In this document: piece after piece, positions 37,928 to 47,488 of the stretch
Position numbering within the stretch: the first letter of the stretch is position 1
Layout of the letters: every line of letters begins with the position of its first letter
NCBI GenBank assembly: GCA_964536745.1
Contig: CAZHYL010000004.1
Location: 16,545-80,544, forward strand
DNA length: 64,000 nucleotides
From: an uncultured Candidatus Saccharibacteria bacterium
GTDB lineage: Bacteria; Patescibacteriota; Doudnabacteria; UBA920
Direction: 5' to 3'
Made by a program: the position numbers and the translations under genes
The notes under the pieces: generated by a model
What the model was told of the DNA's origin: nothing
What the model saw: only the letters and a program-made list of their open reading frames with translations
The model's database searches: none

Positions 37928-39254
37928 TATAGCACACGTATTTATAAAAATGTTCAGAGATTGGTTCGAGACACTCCCATGGCTCTTGTAGAATTATGCT
38001 GGAATTATGATATAAGAACAGAGGCTGTGGGTATTGATTAAGAAACTGTTCATTTTTTGGATTTAGCCAATAAGTCTGCCATTGGACCAAGGATTTATCA
38101 TCTTCAAATAATCCTGGAGCAGATAATCTTATATTGCCAGAAAGGTTAGCTAACAACCAAGGCCCATCTTGAGCACTTAACGATAAAACATAAGCACCTT
38201 GATTCTTGGCTGAAAATCTATTAATTTCATGAATTGCTTCTTCCGTGATTTGTGTTTGTATACCTTTACTAAAACTATATAAATTAAATACACTTACAAT
38301 CAAAATCACACCCACAATAACATACTTCTGTATGGACGAGATTTTTAAATAATGTAGAGAGACTGATGAAAAGAAAATTAGACCCAGATCAAAGAACAAA
38401 ATCATTCGTTGGTGGAAGATTGTTTGTGAAATAATAATTACTACACTCACAGTAAGAAGACCGAGCCAATATAATTCTCGTCTCTTGATAAAGCTTTGGT
38501 AAATTCCATAGAGTGATAATGGTATTAAGTACCAACTATAAGATAAGTATTTAGTGAAAGGCATAAAAATGCCATCCTTAACGTTTGACTCAGAAAGTTT
38601 AGTTATATAACTTAATCCATTTAGTTTTGTAAGGAAAATGATTGTCATTAGTCCAATTGCTATTAGTAACCAGCGATTGATTTTTTTATTATCAAAAATA
38701 AAATAAATTGCTAATGCAAATGTAACAAGGATTGTTGTTGTTTTGTGGGTAATATAAATAAACAACAAGGGGATAAAAGAAAAAAGCTGTTTATTGTACT
38801 GAAGCAGTAAAAATGTAATTAGCATTAATACTTGGGCATAAGAACTTTTCCATAAAAACATGGAATAGCTTTGAGTTTGAGCAATAGAGAAGATAAAAAG
38901 TCCAACCCCAAATGTTGCTGAAAGAAGTGAATACTTTTTCAAATAATAGAAAAGTAGAATTGCTGAAAGAATACTAAACAATAAGTAAGATGTTTCTAAA
39001 GAAGGCACTTGAGGAAGTCTTAACCAATTAACAACCATAAACAAATGGTTGCCATAATCATTTACTTGTCCTAGAAAATAAGCTGGTGAATCAAGTGGGG
39101 TGTGTTTAATCGCATACGAATAAAATCCATAATCATAACCATACTGATCAACTCCGTGAGGAAGGGTTAGATTATGCACTGTTACCATAAGTAGGGAAAT
39201 GAGTATTAGATAAGTGAGATCTAGAAATGGTATTTTTTTGACTACGTTTTTCAT
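37914..39254 (-). CDS. Polytopic integral membrane protein, hypothetical
   Basis: 446 aa with at least ten predicted TM helices. No motif recognised. Confidence 0.5.
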   Translation of the reverse strand: MKNVVKKIPFLDLTYLILISLLMVTVHNLTLPHGVDQYGYDYGFYSYAIKHTPLDSPAYFLGQVNDYGNHLFMVVNWLRLPQVPSLETSYLLFSILSAILLFYYLKKYSLLSATFGVGLFIFSIAQTQSYSMFLWKSSYAQVLMLITFLLLQYNKQLFSFIPLLFIYITHKTTTILVTFALAIYFIFDNKKINRWLLIAIGLMTIIFLTKLNGLSYITKLSESNVKDGIFMPFTKYLSYSWYLIPLSLYGIYQSFIKRRELYWLGLLTVSVVIIISQTIFHQRMILFFDLGLIFFSSVSLHYLKISSIQKYVIVGVILIVSVFNLYSFSKGIQTQITEEAIHEINRFSAKNQGAYVLSLSAQDGPWLLANLSGNIRLSAPGLFEDDKSLVQWQTYWLNPKNEQFLNQYPQPLFLYHNSSIILQEPWECLEPISEHFYKYVCYKKPS

Positions 39255-39308
39255 AACTGAATTATAAGGTTTTTAACCAAAAATAGCCAAAAATAGAGTA
39301 TTTTTACA

Positions 39309-39337
39309 TTGACAAAAACACTATAATATGGTAAAAT
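39309..39337 (+). promoter_or_regulatory. Promoter TTGACA, 17 nt spacer, TAAAAT
   Basis: Read from sequence. Confidence 0.4.
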
Positions 39338-39438
39338 TTGACTTCGCCAATAATTGTTATCTAATCATTTTTATGGTTAGTTAGTAATTACTGGGGAATA
39401 CTGGTAATGAAGTACAACTTACTTTGGAGGAACATGAT

Positions 39439-40251
39439 ATGAAAAAGACATTCTTTATTTTGTTGGCGATGTTGGCTTTGGCTTTCTCGGTGATTGCTCA
39501 GCGCGACTTGCGTGGCGAGGCGATGGAGCGAAAGGCTTCGATCGATGAAGCAATGAAGCGAGTGCAGGTTCTACCTTCGAACCGAATCGCCGAGTATTCT
39601 GCTCGGATGGAGGCGGCGAAGGCAAAAGGTGCGCAGCAATCTGCTCCGGCGATGTTGTTTGCATCTTTCGGCAACACTTTCACAGGACTCACGGTTTACG
39701 CGTATAATGCGAAAGACCTGCCGGACGGAACAGTAGTCGCCGCGGTTAAGACCGTTGGTGGAAACGTTCAGGTTCTGAATTGGACTTACATGGCTGGCGG
39801 GGTTCCGGCAAGTTTCTTCCGCTATCCTTTGGAAGATGCCAAGCGAGGACAATGGACCGAACCATTCGGTGATATCTTGTACGAGATCTACACATTCTTT
39901 CCGGATACAACTACGAGTTACTCCTATGTCGTTAAGCCTATCAATAAGTATTGGTCGACAATGGTGACGACCGAAAAACTTATTGATACTGGTATGGCTA
40001 AGTTCATCGGTAACCAACCGATCATGTGGCTGCAGGGTTCGATTACGAGAACCAATGGACCTGTTTCGGTTATGGTCAAGGATCCTGATGTGGATTACGA
40101 TCAGAGAGCAGTGCCGTTCAGTATCAACGGCGGTAACCTCAAAGTCTACCTAAGTAGTTGGGGACAAGAGGTTGTTCCTGGTAGCGAGCTGATGGTGCTT
40201 GTTGGCACGGCCGACGGACGCACGGATCAATACTTGGTTCGAGTTCAATAG
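39439..40251 (+). CDS. Secreted hypothetical protein encoded in a strongly GC-rich patch
   Basis: GGAGG lies 8 nt before ATG 39439. Signal peptide MKKTFFILLAMLALAFSVIAQ. Local GC is about 50-55% against a background in the high 30s. No domain recognised. Confidence 0.55.
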   Translation: MKKTFFILLAMLALAFSVIAQRDLRGEAMERKASIDEAMKRVQVLPSNRIAEYSARMEAAKAKGAQQSAPAMLFASFGNTFTGLTVYAYNAKDLPDGTVVAAVKTVGGNVQVLNWTYMAGGVPASFFRYPLEDAKRGQWTEPFGDILYEIYTFFPDTTTSYSYVVKPINKYWSTMVTTEKLIDTGMAKFIGNQPIMWLQGSITRTNGPVSVMVKDPDVDYDQRAVPFSINGGNLKVYLSSWGQEVVPGSELMVLVGTADGRTDQYLVRVQ

Positions 40252-40337
40252 CATGGAATGTTGTTTTTACAAGGTGCTCGAAGTTTATCTTCGGGCGCTT
40301 TTTTTATGTTTAAAAACAAGCTAAAATTAGAATAATT

Positions 40338-43085
40338 ATGGCTAAAACTTCTCAAAAAAATCGATACTTATTAATAGACGGTAATGCACTTATTCACCGC
40401 GGATTTCATGCTATCCCAGCACTTTCTACAAAAGACGGTGAGCCAACTAATGCAGTATATGGTTTTACAATGATTTTACTCCGAGCTATTAAGGATTTAA
40501 AGCCAACCCATATAGCTTGTAGTTTTGATCTTGCGGGCCCAACTTTTAGGCATGATGAATTTGATCATTATAAGGCTAACCGGGTTTCGGCTCCAGATGA
40601 ACTATATGCTCAATTTGACCGTGTGAAGGAAGTTGTCCGTGCACTTAATATTCCAATATTTGAAATAGCAGGCTATGAAGCTGATGATGTCTTAGGAACT
40701 CTATCTAAACATATTTGCGAACAGCATCCAGACGGAGACTGCGATGTAATGATTGCAACTGGAGATTTAGACACTCTTCAATTAGTAAATAAATGTGTGA
40801 AAGTTTACACTCTTCGAAAAGGTTTAGCTGATACTGCAATATATGATGAAAAGGCTATACATGACCGGTACGGCTTAACTCCAATTCAAATGATTAGCTA
40901 CAAAGCTCTAAGAGGGGATCCTTCAGATAATATTAAAGGAGTGAAAGGGATTGGAGAAAAGACCGCTAGCGATTTAGTTAAACAGTTTGGCAGTTTAGAC
41001 GATTTATATAAAAGCATAAAAAGTGGTAAGGGTATAGAAAGTATTAAGCCAAGAGTTTTAAAGTTGTTAGTAGATGGGGAACAAGATGCACGGGATAGTT
41101 TTTATCTTTCCACCATTATTTTAGACGTGCCAATTGATATTGAAATTTCAGAATATAAGTTTGGAACTAAGGAACTTGAAACTGTAACAAAACTTTTTAG
41201 CGAATTGGAGTTTCGAAGTCTTTTAGATAAGCTTCCAAAAAATTATGCATCTGGCACCGATGAGTTATCCATAGAGCCACCCTTAGTAAATGAAGATATT
41301 GGAAAGCAGGAATATTTATTAGTTGATACAGAAAGTAAATTAACTAACCTTTTAAAAGATCTAAAGAAACAGACTGAAGTCACTATAGATACTGAAACAG
41401 ACCAGCTTAACCCAATAGACGCCAATATTATTGGCATTTCTTTATGTTTTAAAGAAGGACAGGCTTATTATGTGACAGTTAATGTCTTAGAAAAGAGTAA
41501 AGAACTACAAGACTTAATTTCTAGCCCAAGATTAAAGAAGTCCGGTCAGAATATTAAGTATGATTTACAAACGTTTGAAAATTTTGGTTTGCAACTTTCG
41601 CCTATATATTTTGACACTATGATTGCTTCATATCTGCTTAGCGCCGGAACACGACAACATGGTTTAGATGCAATGGCTTTTAATATGCTTGGTTATAAGA
41701 TGCAGTCTATTACAGAGTTGATTGGAAAAGGTAAAAATCAAATCTCGATGAAAGATGTCTCGGTTGAAAAAGTTTCTTGGTATGCGTGCGAAGATGCTGA
41801 TATTACTTTTAGGATAAAAGAAATCCTAGAGAAGGAGATTAAAACAGAAAAACTAGACTCGATACTATTTGATATTGAAGTGCCTCTAATTCCTGTTTTG
41901 GCAAAAATGGAAAGAGCCGGTATTTTAGTGGACGCTAAGTTTCTAAACGAGTTGTCTTTGGAAGCTGGAAAGGAGTTAGAGAAATTAGAAAAAAGTATTT
42001 ATAAACATGCTGGCCAGGAATTTAATATTAATTCACCGAAACAACTTCAAGAGATATTATACGATAAACTAGAATTAACAACTGGTAAAAAGAATAAAAC
42101 AGGTCTTTCTACTGCAGCCAGAGAACTAGACAAGTTAAAAGATGAGCATCCAATTGTTGCAGACATCTTGCGCTTCCGCGAATTAGCTAAATTGAAATCT
42201 ACGTATTTGGATAGTCTTCCAGAATTGATCAATAAAACTACTGGAAGAATCCACACTAACTATAATCAAATTATTGCCGCAACAGGTAGGCTGTCTAGCA
42301 CGGATCCTAACCTACAGAATATTCCTATTAAAGGAGAAGGTATGGGGTCTAGGGTTCGTCAGGCTTTTGTTGCTAAGCAAGGGTTTAAGTTGGTTTCTTT
42401 AGATTATTCTCAAATTGAATTACGTATCGTTGCGCATCTTTCAGGCGACAAAAATATGCTCGAAATCTTTAACAAGGGTGAAGACATTCACACCCAAACA
42501 GCTTTGGCTTTGTTTGATGTTAAAGACAATGAAGTAACTCCGGATATGAGACGCTATGCGAAAACTGTTAACTTCGGGATTCTCTATGGGTTATCTAGTT
42601 TTGGTTTTGCCGATAGGATTAGTGGTGTTTCTTTGGGAGAAGCAAAGGATTTTATCGATAAGTATTTTGCTACATTCCCACAAGTTGGAGACTTTTTGGA
42701 AAAGGTTAAAATGCAAGTAAGAGAAGATGCTCAGGTTACTAATCAAATTGGGCGAGTAAGAAAGTTTCCAGAAATAAAATCTAGCCAGTATTTTATTCGT
42801 CAGGCAGCGGAGAGGGCAGCGATAAACTTTCCTATACAAAGTTTAAGCGCTGATATAATTAAGATCGCTATGATTCAAATTCATAAACTACTCGATGGTA
42901 ATGAAGATGAAATCAAAATGTTATTACAAGTTCATGATGAGTTGGTATTTGAGGTTGCCGAAGATAAAGTTATTGATTGGGTAAACAAGCTCAAACCAAT
43001 CATGGAAAATGCTACTAAACTTTCTGTTCCAGTAATTGTCGAAGCTAAGGCAGGTGACAACTGGGGAGAGATGGATAAGCTATAA
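40338..43085 (+). CDS. polA: DNA polymerase I
   Basis: 5'-3' exonuclease N-terminus (LLIDGNALIHRGFHA). 3'-5' exonuclease DTETDQLNP. Polymerase motifs RRYAKTVNFGILYG and QVHDELVFE. 915 aa. Confidence 0.95.
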   Translation: MAKTSQKNRYLLIDGNALIHRGFHAIPALSTKDGEPTNAVYGFTMILLRAIKDLKPTHIACSFDLAGPTFRHDEFDHYKANRVSAPDELYAQFDRVKEVVRALNIPIFEIAGYEADDVLGTLSKHICEQHPDGDCDVMIATGDLDTLQLVNKCVKVYTLRKGLADTAIYDEKAIHDRYGLTPIQMISYKALRGDPSDNIKGVKGIGEKTASDLVKQFGSLDDLYKSIKSGKGIESIKPRVLKLLVDGEQDARDSFYLSTIILDVPIDIEISEYKFGTKELETVTKLFSELEFRSLLDKLPKNYASGTDELSIEPPLVNEDIGKQEYLLVDTESKLTNLLKDLKKQTEVTIDTETDQLNPIDANIIGISLCFKEGQAYYVTVNVLEKSKELQDLISSPRLKKSGQNIKYDLQTFENFGLQLSPIYFDTMIASYLLSAGTRQHGLDAMAFNMLGYKMQSITELIGKGKNQISMKDVSVEKVSWYACEDADITFRIKEILEKEIKTEKLDSILFDIEVPLIPVLAKMERAGILVDAKFLNELSLEAGKELEKLEKSIYKHAGQEFNINSPKQLQEILYDKLELTTGKKNKTGLSTAARELDKLKDEHPIVADILRFRELAKLKSTYLDSLPELINKTTGRIHTNYNQIIAATGRLSSTDPNLQNIPIKGEGMGSRVRQAFVAKQGFKLVSLDYSQIELRIVAHLSGDKNMLEIFNKGEDIHTQTALALFDVKDNEVTPDMRRYAKTVNFGILYGLSSFGFADRISGVSLGEAKDFIDKYFATFPQVGDFLEKVKMQVREDAQVTNQIGRVRKFPEIKSSQYFIRQAAERAAINFPIQSLSADIIKIAMIQIHKLLDGNEDEIKMLLQVHDELVFEVAEDKVIDWVNKLKPIMENATKLSVPVIVEAKAGDNWGEMDKL

Positions 43086-43090
43086 CTATC

Positions 43091-43624
43091 ATGGAAGAGC
43101 TTTTACAAGTCTATGATGAACAGGGGAATATCTTAGATCCATTGCCTCGTTCTGTCGTTCATCAAAAACCACTTAAGCATTGGCACGGTGTTGTTAATGT
43201 TTGGTTAGTTAATGATAATGGTGATATCTTAGTTACTAAACGGTCGGACACGGTAACAGGTAATCCAAATAAGTGGCAAACTTTTTTAGGAGGACACATT
43301 CCTGCAGGGATGACACATAAAGTAACTGCAGTTAAGGAACTTAAAGAAGAAGTCGGCCTTAGCATCGATCCAGATAATTTGTATTTGATTGATAAAGGCA
43401 AGGCAGCTCATTCTGACCACCTTCATTTTTATGAAAGCTATGCATATTTGTACAATGGCTTGGTGGAAGATTTGGTTTTTGAGGATGGCGAGATAGTATC
43501 TGCAAAATGGCTTTCACTAGAACAATATAATCAAGAGCGGAGTAGTAGTCCTCAAGATTGGTGTAATGGTTGTAATGAAGAAAACCAAAAACGTATTCGG
43601 TTATGGCTTTCAAAGTTTAAATAA
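43091..43624 (+). CDS. NUDIX hydrolase
   Basis: A degenerate NUDIX box is visible (GGHIPAGMTHKVTAVKELKEEVGL). Immediately downstream of polA. Confidence 0.55.
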   Translation: MEELLQVYDEQGNILDPLPRSVVHQKPLKHWHGVVNVWLVNDNGDILVTKRSDTVTGNPNKWQTFLGGHIPAGMTHKVTAVKELKEEVGLSIDPDNLYLIDKGKAAHSDHLHFYESYAYLYNGLVEDLVFEDGEIVSAKWLSLEQYNQERSSSPQDWCNGCNEENQKRIRLWLSKFK

Positions 43625-43627
43625 GTT

Positions 43628-43660
43628 TTGAAATAAAAATCCCGCGTAATGCGGGATTTT
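43628..43660. terminator. Bidirectional terminator (ATCCCGCG-taat-GCGGGAT)
   Basis: Read from sequence. Confidence 0.6.
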
Positions 43661-43661
43661 A

Positions 43662-43928
43662 TTATTTTCCAAGTTTTGCGATTGCTTTTGCTAAGCGAGA
43701 TTTTCTTCGAGAAGCTGTATTTTTATGAATCACATTCTTTTTTACTGCTTTATCAAGAGCAGACATCGCTTTCTTTAGATCTTCCGTAGACTTTGTTTTA
43801 TCACCAGAAGCGATTGAAGTTCTTGTTGCTTTAACTGCAGACTTAAACTTAAACTTTGTTCGGGTGTTGATGGCGTTGCGACGTCGAGACTGTCGCATTG
43901 CCTTATTAGCAGAACTAGTATTTGGCAT
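43662..43928 (-). CDS. rpsT: 30S ribosomal protein S20
   Basis: MPNTSSANKAMRQSRRRNAINTRTK...; 88 aa. Confidence 0.85.
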   Translation of the reverse strand: MPNTSSANKAMRQSRRRNAINTRTKFKFKSAVKATRTSIASGDKTKSTEDLKKAMSALDKAVKKNVIHKNTASRRKSRLAKAIAKLGK

Positions 43929-44091
43929 TTTAGAGTTTATTATAAATAATTGTTTAAACTTACTTTGATCACTCCCTTATCTAAAGTTGACACGGCAGAT
44001 AGGGTTAATGAGTAAAGCTTCTGTAGTATATAGAAAATTGAATAAAAAATCAAGGGCAGTAGTAATCTACTACCCTTTGGTTTCTACAGAC

Positions 44092-44766
44092 TTAACGATG
44101 TCTTCCCGTCATTGTGTCACAATGGCCGGATTGGCATAGAGTGAGTAAGTATTTCCCGGCAGGGAAGATTGCGGAGCTGTCTGACGGCACCGTGAATTGG
44201 ATGATTCCTGGTGCAATTTTGGTTATTGCTTTTTGAGTGATAAATACTTTTGTATTTATTAGAATCATCATTGGTTCTGTTGTGTCGAATACTCCTCTTG
44301 CGGTGATTGTATAGGGTGCTCCAAAGCCTCCTAGTTCGCTTATACTAGTAAGCAGTGGTTCTTTATATTGCTCTCGATAATTAACTGGGGTGATTGTTTG
44401 AGAGTAGTATATTTCACTTTGAGTAATTATCGATACTCCGAATCTGAACCATGGGGTGGTGTGAAATGAATTGAGCTCTCCATTCCAAAGAGGGATGATC
44501 TGACCCTTAACTAAGCCTTGCGGAAAGTTAAGAGGCGCAAAGTTATTTACCACACCTTCAGACGTTATAGTGTGTAGTTCTATTCTTGTTGGTTGTGAGA
44601 TGTTTTTTGCCATCACAAAAACTAGTTGTTTATTTGATGATAATAGTAAACCATCTTCAATTACTATTGCACCAGCGTCTGTTTGGTAGCTTTGAGCTGA
44701 AGCAGGTTTGGTAATACCCATCATCATTAGCAATGCAATGCTTGTTAGTATTGTTATATTATTCAT
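44092..44766 (-). CDS. Hypothetical secreted protein
   Basis: Signal peptide MNNITILTSIALLMMMGITKPASAQ. The 3' part of the gene is GC-richer. Confidence 0.45.
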   Translation of the reverse strand: MNNITILTSIALLMMMGITKPASAQSYQTDAGAIVIEDGLLLSSNKQLVFVMAKNISQPTRIELHTITSEGVVNNFAPLNFPQGLVKGQIIPLWNGELNSFHTTPWFRFGVSIITQSEIYYSQTITPVNYREQYKEPLLTSISELGGFGAPYTITARGVFDTTEPMMILINTKVFITQKAITKIAPGIIQFTVPSDSSAIFPAGKYLLTLCQSGHCDTMTGRHR

Positions 44767-44877
44767 AAAACCTCCTTTTTAAATATTATAAATAAAGGCT
44801 CTTCAGGCCATGTTTAATAAAAACTTAAAGTAGAATAAATATTAAATAAAAAAGCAGCCGTGGGCTGCTATATTTTG

Positions 44878-45000
44878 TTGTGTCTTTTTGCAAGGCTGAT
44901 TGAGAAAAATTGTACGACCACTATGACTGCAAGTACAATTGCAAAAGCAATGGAGTCAAGCAGCCAACTTATTGGCTTTAGTATTTTCATCTGGATATCC
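44878..45000 (-). CDS. Small membrane peptide of 40 aa, hypothetical
   Basis: Hand translation gives MKILKPISWLLDSIAFAIVLAVIVVVQFFSISLAKRHNKI. It is preceded by GGAGGAT and followed by a hairpin terminator. Confidence 0.35.
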
Positions 45001-45052
45001 TCCTAACCTAAGATTGAGTTGATAATAGCTAAGCACAGACTTTATGTCAAAG

Positions 45053-47119
45053 TTATTTCTTACCCTTTTTAAGCTTATTAAGTTGTTTAATTTCTATAAT
45101 TCTATCTCGGAGTTTTGCAGCAGCCTCAAATTCTAGATTTTGTGATGCTAGTTCCATTTGGTCGTTAAGCTCTTCCAAATATATTTTCAATTCTTTTTTA
45201 TCAAGGTTGGCAAAGTTAACATTTTCTAAATCTGTTTCTACTACAGATTCTCTTGTACCACTAAGTCTGCTTTCGGAAATTTTCTTCTGAATGCTTTCTG
45301 GAGTGATGCCATGCTTGGTGTTGTATTTTTCTTGTACTTTTCTTCTTCGAATAGTTTCATCGATCGCTGCTTTCATCGAACGAGTTATTCTATCCGCATA
45401 CATGATTACATGACCATGTAGATGTCTAGCAGCCCGTCCCATAATTTGCATGAAAGAAGTTTCGCTTCTAAGGAATCCTTCCTTATCTGCATCTAAGATG
45501 GCTACCAAAGAAACTTCTGGCAAATCTAAACCTTCTCGGAGTAAGTTAATTCCAACAATTACGTCATATACACCTAATCTAAGGTCCCTTAAAGTTTCTA
45601 GTCTATCAAATGTTTCTACTTCCGAATGAAGATATTGAGCTTTAATGCCTGCCTCTACTATATAAGTAGTGAGTTCTTCGGCCATTCTTTTAGACAAGGT
45701 CGTCACTAAAACACGTTCATTTTTTTGAACTCGTAATTTAATCTGTTCTAGTAAGTGGTCAACTTGGTTTTTAATTGGTTGAATTTCAATAGTTGGGTCT
45801 AGTAAGCCAGTAGGTCTATTGATTTGCTCGACAATTGTGATTTTCTGAAGCTCTTCTGGAGGAGGTAGTTTTTTAGAACTTTTTTTGGTTTTACCTACTA
45901 GTGCATTCTCAATTAGGCTTTTGTTTAATTCATATGGCCCTGGGGTTGCTGAGACAAACACAACCTGTTCGATTTTCTTTTCAAATTCATCAAATTTTAA
46001 CGGTCGGTTGTCTAGTGCAGAAGGCAGACGAAAGCCGTAATCTACCAATGTTTCCTTACGGGATCTATCTCCTTTGTACATTGCACCTATTTGGGGGATG
46101 GTCTGGTGTGACTCGTCGATAAATAATAAGAAGTCATCCGGAAAATAATCTATGAGAGTTGAAGGTGGGTCTCCTGCAGTTCTACCGTCCATGTGCCTAG
46201 AGTAGTTTTCGATTCCGGCAACGAATCCAGTGTTAGTCATCATTTCTAAATCAAAGTTGGTGCGTTGTTCTAATCTTGCTGCCTCTAGAACTTTTCCTTG
46301 GGTCTTTAGTTCTTTTAGTCTTTCATTAAGCTCGGTACGAATTTTATCTATCGCGGTGTGCATTTTTTCTTCTGTAGTTACGAAATGTTTAGCAGGAAAA
46401 ATTTTAATATAATTAAGCTCTTCTAAAACCTCACCACTAATCATATGGCGTCGTTGAATTTTTTCTAATTCATCAGCGAAAAATTGTAAAGTAATAATTG
46501 TATCTTCAGAAGAGAGGACTATTTCTAAAGTGTCACCTTGAGCTCGATATGTTCCTCTTTTTAAATCATAATCATTTCTATTGTATTGTAGATCGGTTAG
46601 TCTACGAAGTAATTTATCACGTTTATAATTTTGCCCTGTTTTTAGTTCTAAGGATAAGTCGAGGTAGTCTGCCGGATTTCCTAATCCATAAATACATGAT
46701 ACAGAGGCAACTATTAAGACATCATTTCTGGACATTAATGATGTTGTTGCAGCGTTTCTAAGTCTATCGATTTCTTCGTTAATCTGAGTATCCTTTTCGA
46801 TATAAGTGTCACTGCGGGGAATGTATGCCTCTGGTTGATAATAATCGTAATAGGAGACAAAATAATGAACCGCATTTTCTGGGAAGAACTCTTGGAACTC
46901 GGATGCTAGTTGTGCAGCTAAGGTTTTGTTGTGGCACATTATTAAAGTTGGCTTTTGAATTTCTTGAACAATATTAGCCATAGTATAGGTTTTACCACTT
47001 CCTGTCACACCTAAAAGAGTCTGGTGTTTATAGCCAGATTTCAGAGAATTTATTAAACCAGCAATAGCAAGTGGTTGGTCGCCAGCTGGTTGAAAGTTTG
47101 TATGTAGCTTGAATTTCAT
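45053..47119 (-). CDS. uvrB: Excinuclease ABC subunit B
   Basis: Helicase motifs (GVTGSGKT..); UvrB beta-hairpin region; C-terminal UVR domain; 688 aa. Confidence 0.95.
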   Translation of the reverse strand: MKFKLHTNFQPAGDQPLAIAGLINSLKSGYKHQTLLGVTGSGKTYTMANIVQEIQKPTLIMCHNKTLAAQLASEFQEFFPENAVHYFVSYYDYYQPEAYIPRSDTYIEKDTQINEEIDRLRNAATTSLMSRNDVLIVASVSCIYGLGNPADYLDLSLELKTGQNYKRDKLLRRLTDLQYNRNDYDLKRGTYRAQGDTLEIVLSSEDTIITLQFFADELEKIQRRHMISGEVLEELNYIKIFPAKHFVTTEEKMHTAIDKIRTELNERLKELKTQGKVLEAARLEQRTNFDLEMMTNTGFVAGIENYSRHMDGRTAGDPPSTLIDYFPDDFLLFIDESHQTIPQIGAMYKGDRSRKETLVDYGFRLPSALDNRPLKFDEFEKKIEQVVFVSATPGPYELNKSLIENALVGKTKKSSKKLPPPEELQKITIVEQINRPTGLLDPTIEIQPIKNQVDHLLEQIKLRVQKNERVLVTTLSKRMAEELTTYIVEAGIKAQYLHSEVETFDRLETLRDLRLGVYDVIVGINLLREGLDLPEVSLVAILDADKEGFLRSETSFMQIMGRAARHLHGHVIMYADRITRSMKAAIDETIRRRKVQEKYNTKHGITPESIQKKISESRLSGTRESVVETDLENVNFANLDKKELKIYLEELNDQMELASQNLEFEAAAKLRDRIIEIKQLNKLKKGKK

Positions 47120-47127
47120 CTTATTTA

Positions 47128-47400
47128 TTATATAGGTAGAATAGGTGGGTGTCTAAAAATAAAAACCGATCCCTTGGGGGTCGGTTTGAACAGGAGATAG
47201 ATCAAAATGATCATCGTTAGCAAGAAGAGTATGGCAAAGAAATCTGTTGTCTTTGCTTCTTTTTGTGGGACAACTTCCAGTGAAGGTGCTCCGCTGTAGC
47301 CCACAATTGAGTGGGTATAGATTGCGGGTATCTTTCGCAAAGGAGTGTTCCCTTTATTCTGGTGCCGTGGACGCGGATCCGTGTTCTCATCATGGTACAT
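47128..47400 (-). CDS. Hypothetical 90-aa protein; GC-rich 5' half and a C-terminal TM segment
   Basis: ORF only. It contains internal hairpins, including one at 47160-85, and lies in a locally GC-rich stretch. Confidence 0.25.
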   Translation of the reverse strand: MYHDENTDPRPRHQNKGNTPLRKIPAIYTHSIVGYSGAPSLEVVPQKEAKTTDFFAILFLLTMIILIYLLFKPTPKGSVFIFRHPPILPI

Positions 47401-47472
47401 CTCTTATTCCTCCCTAAGTTTGATATAACGAAATAAATAATAACACAAAACCCTTCACTTGTAAAGGGTAAG

Positions 47473-47481
47473 ATGGTATAA
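47473..47481 (+). promoter_or_regulatory. Extended -10 element TGgTATAAT, 7 nt before the ATG of the ABC ATPase; the transcript is likely leaderless
   Basis: Read from sequence. Confidence 0.45.
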
Positions 47482-47488
47482 TTTCTTC

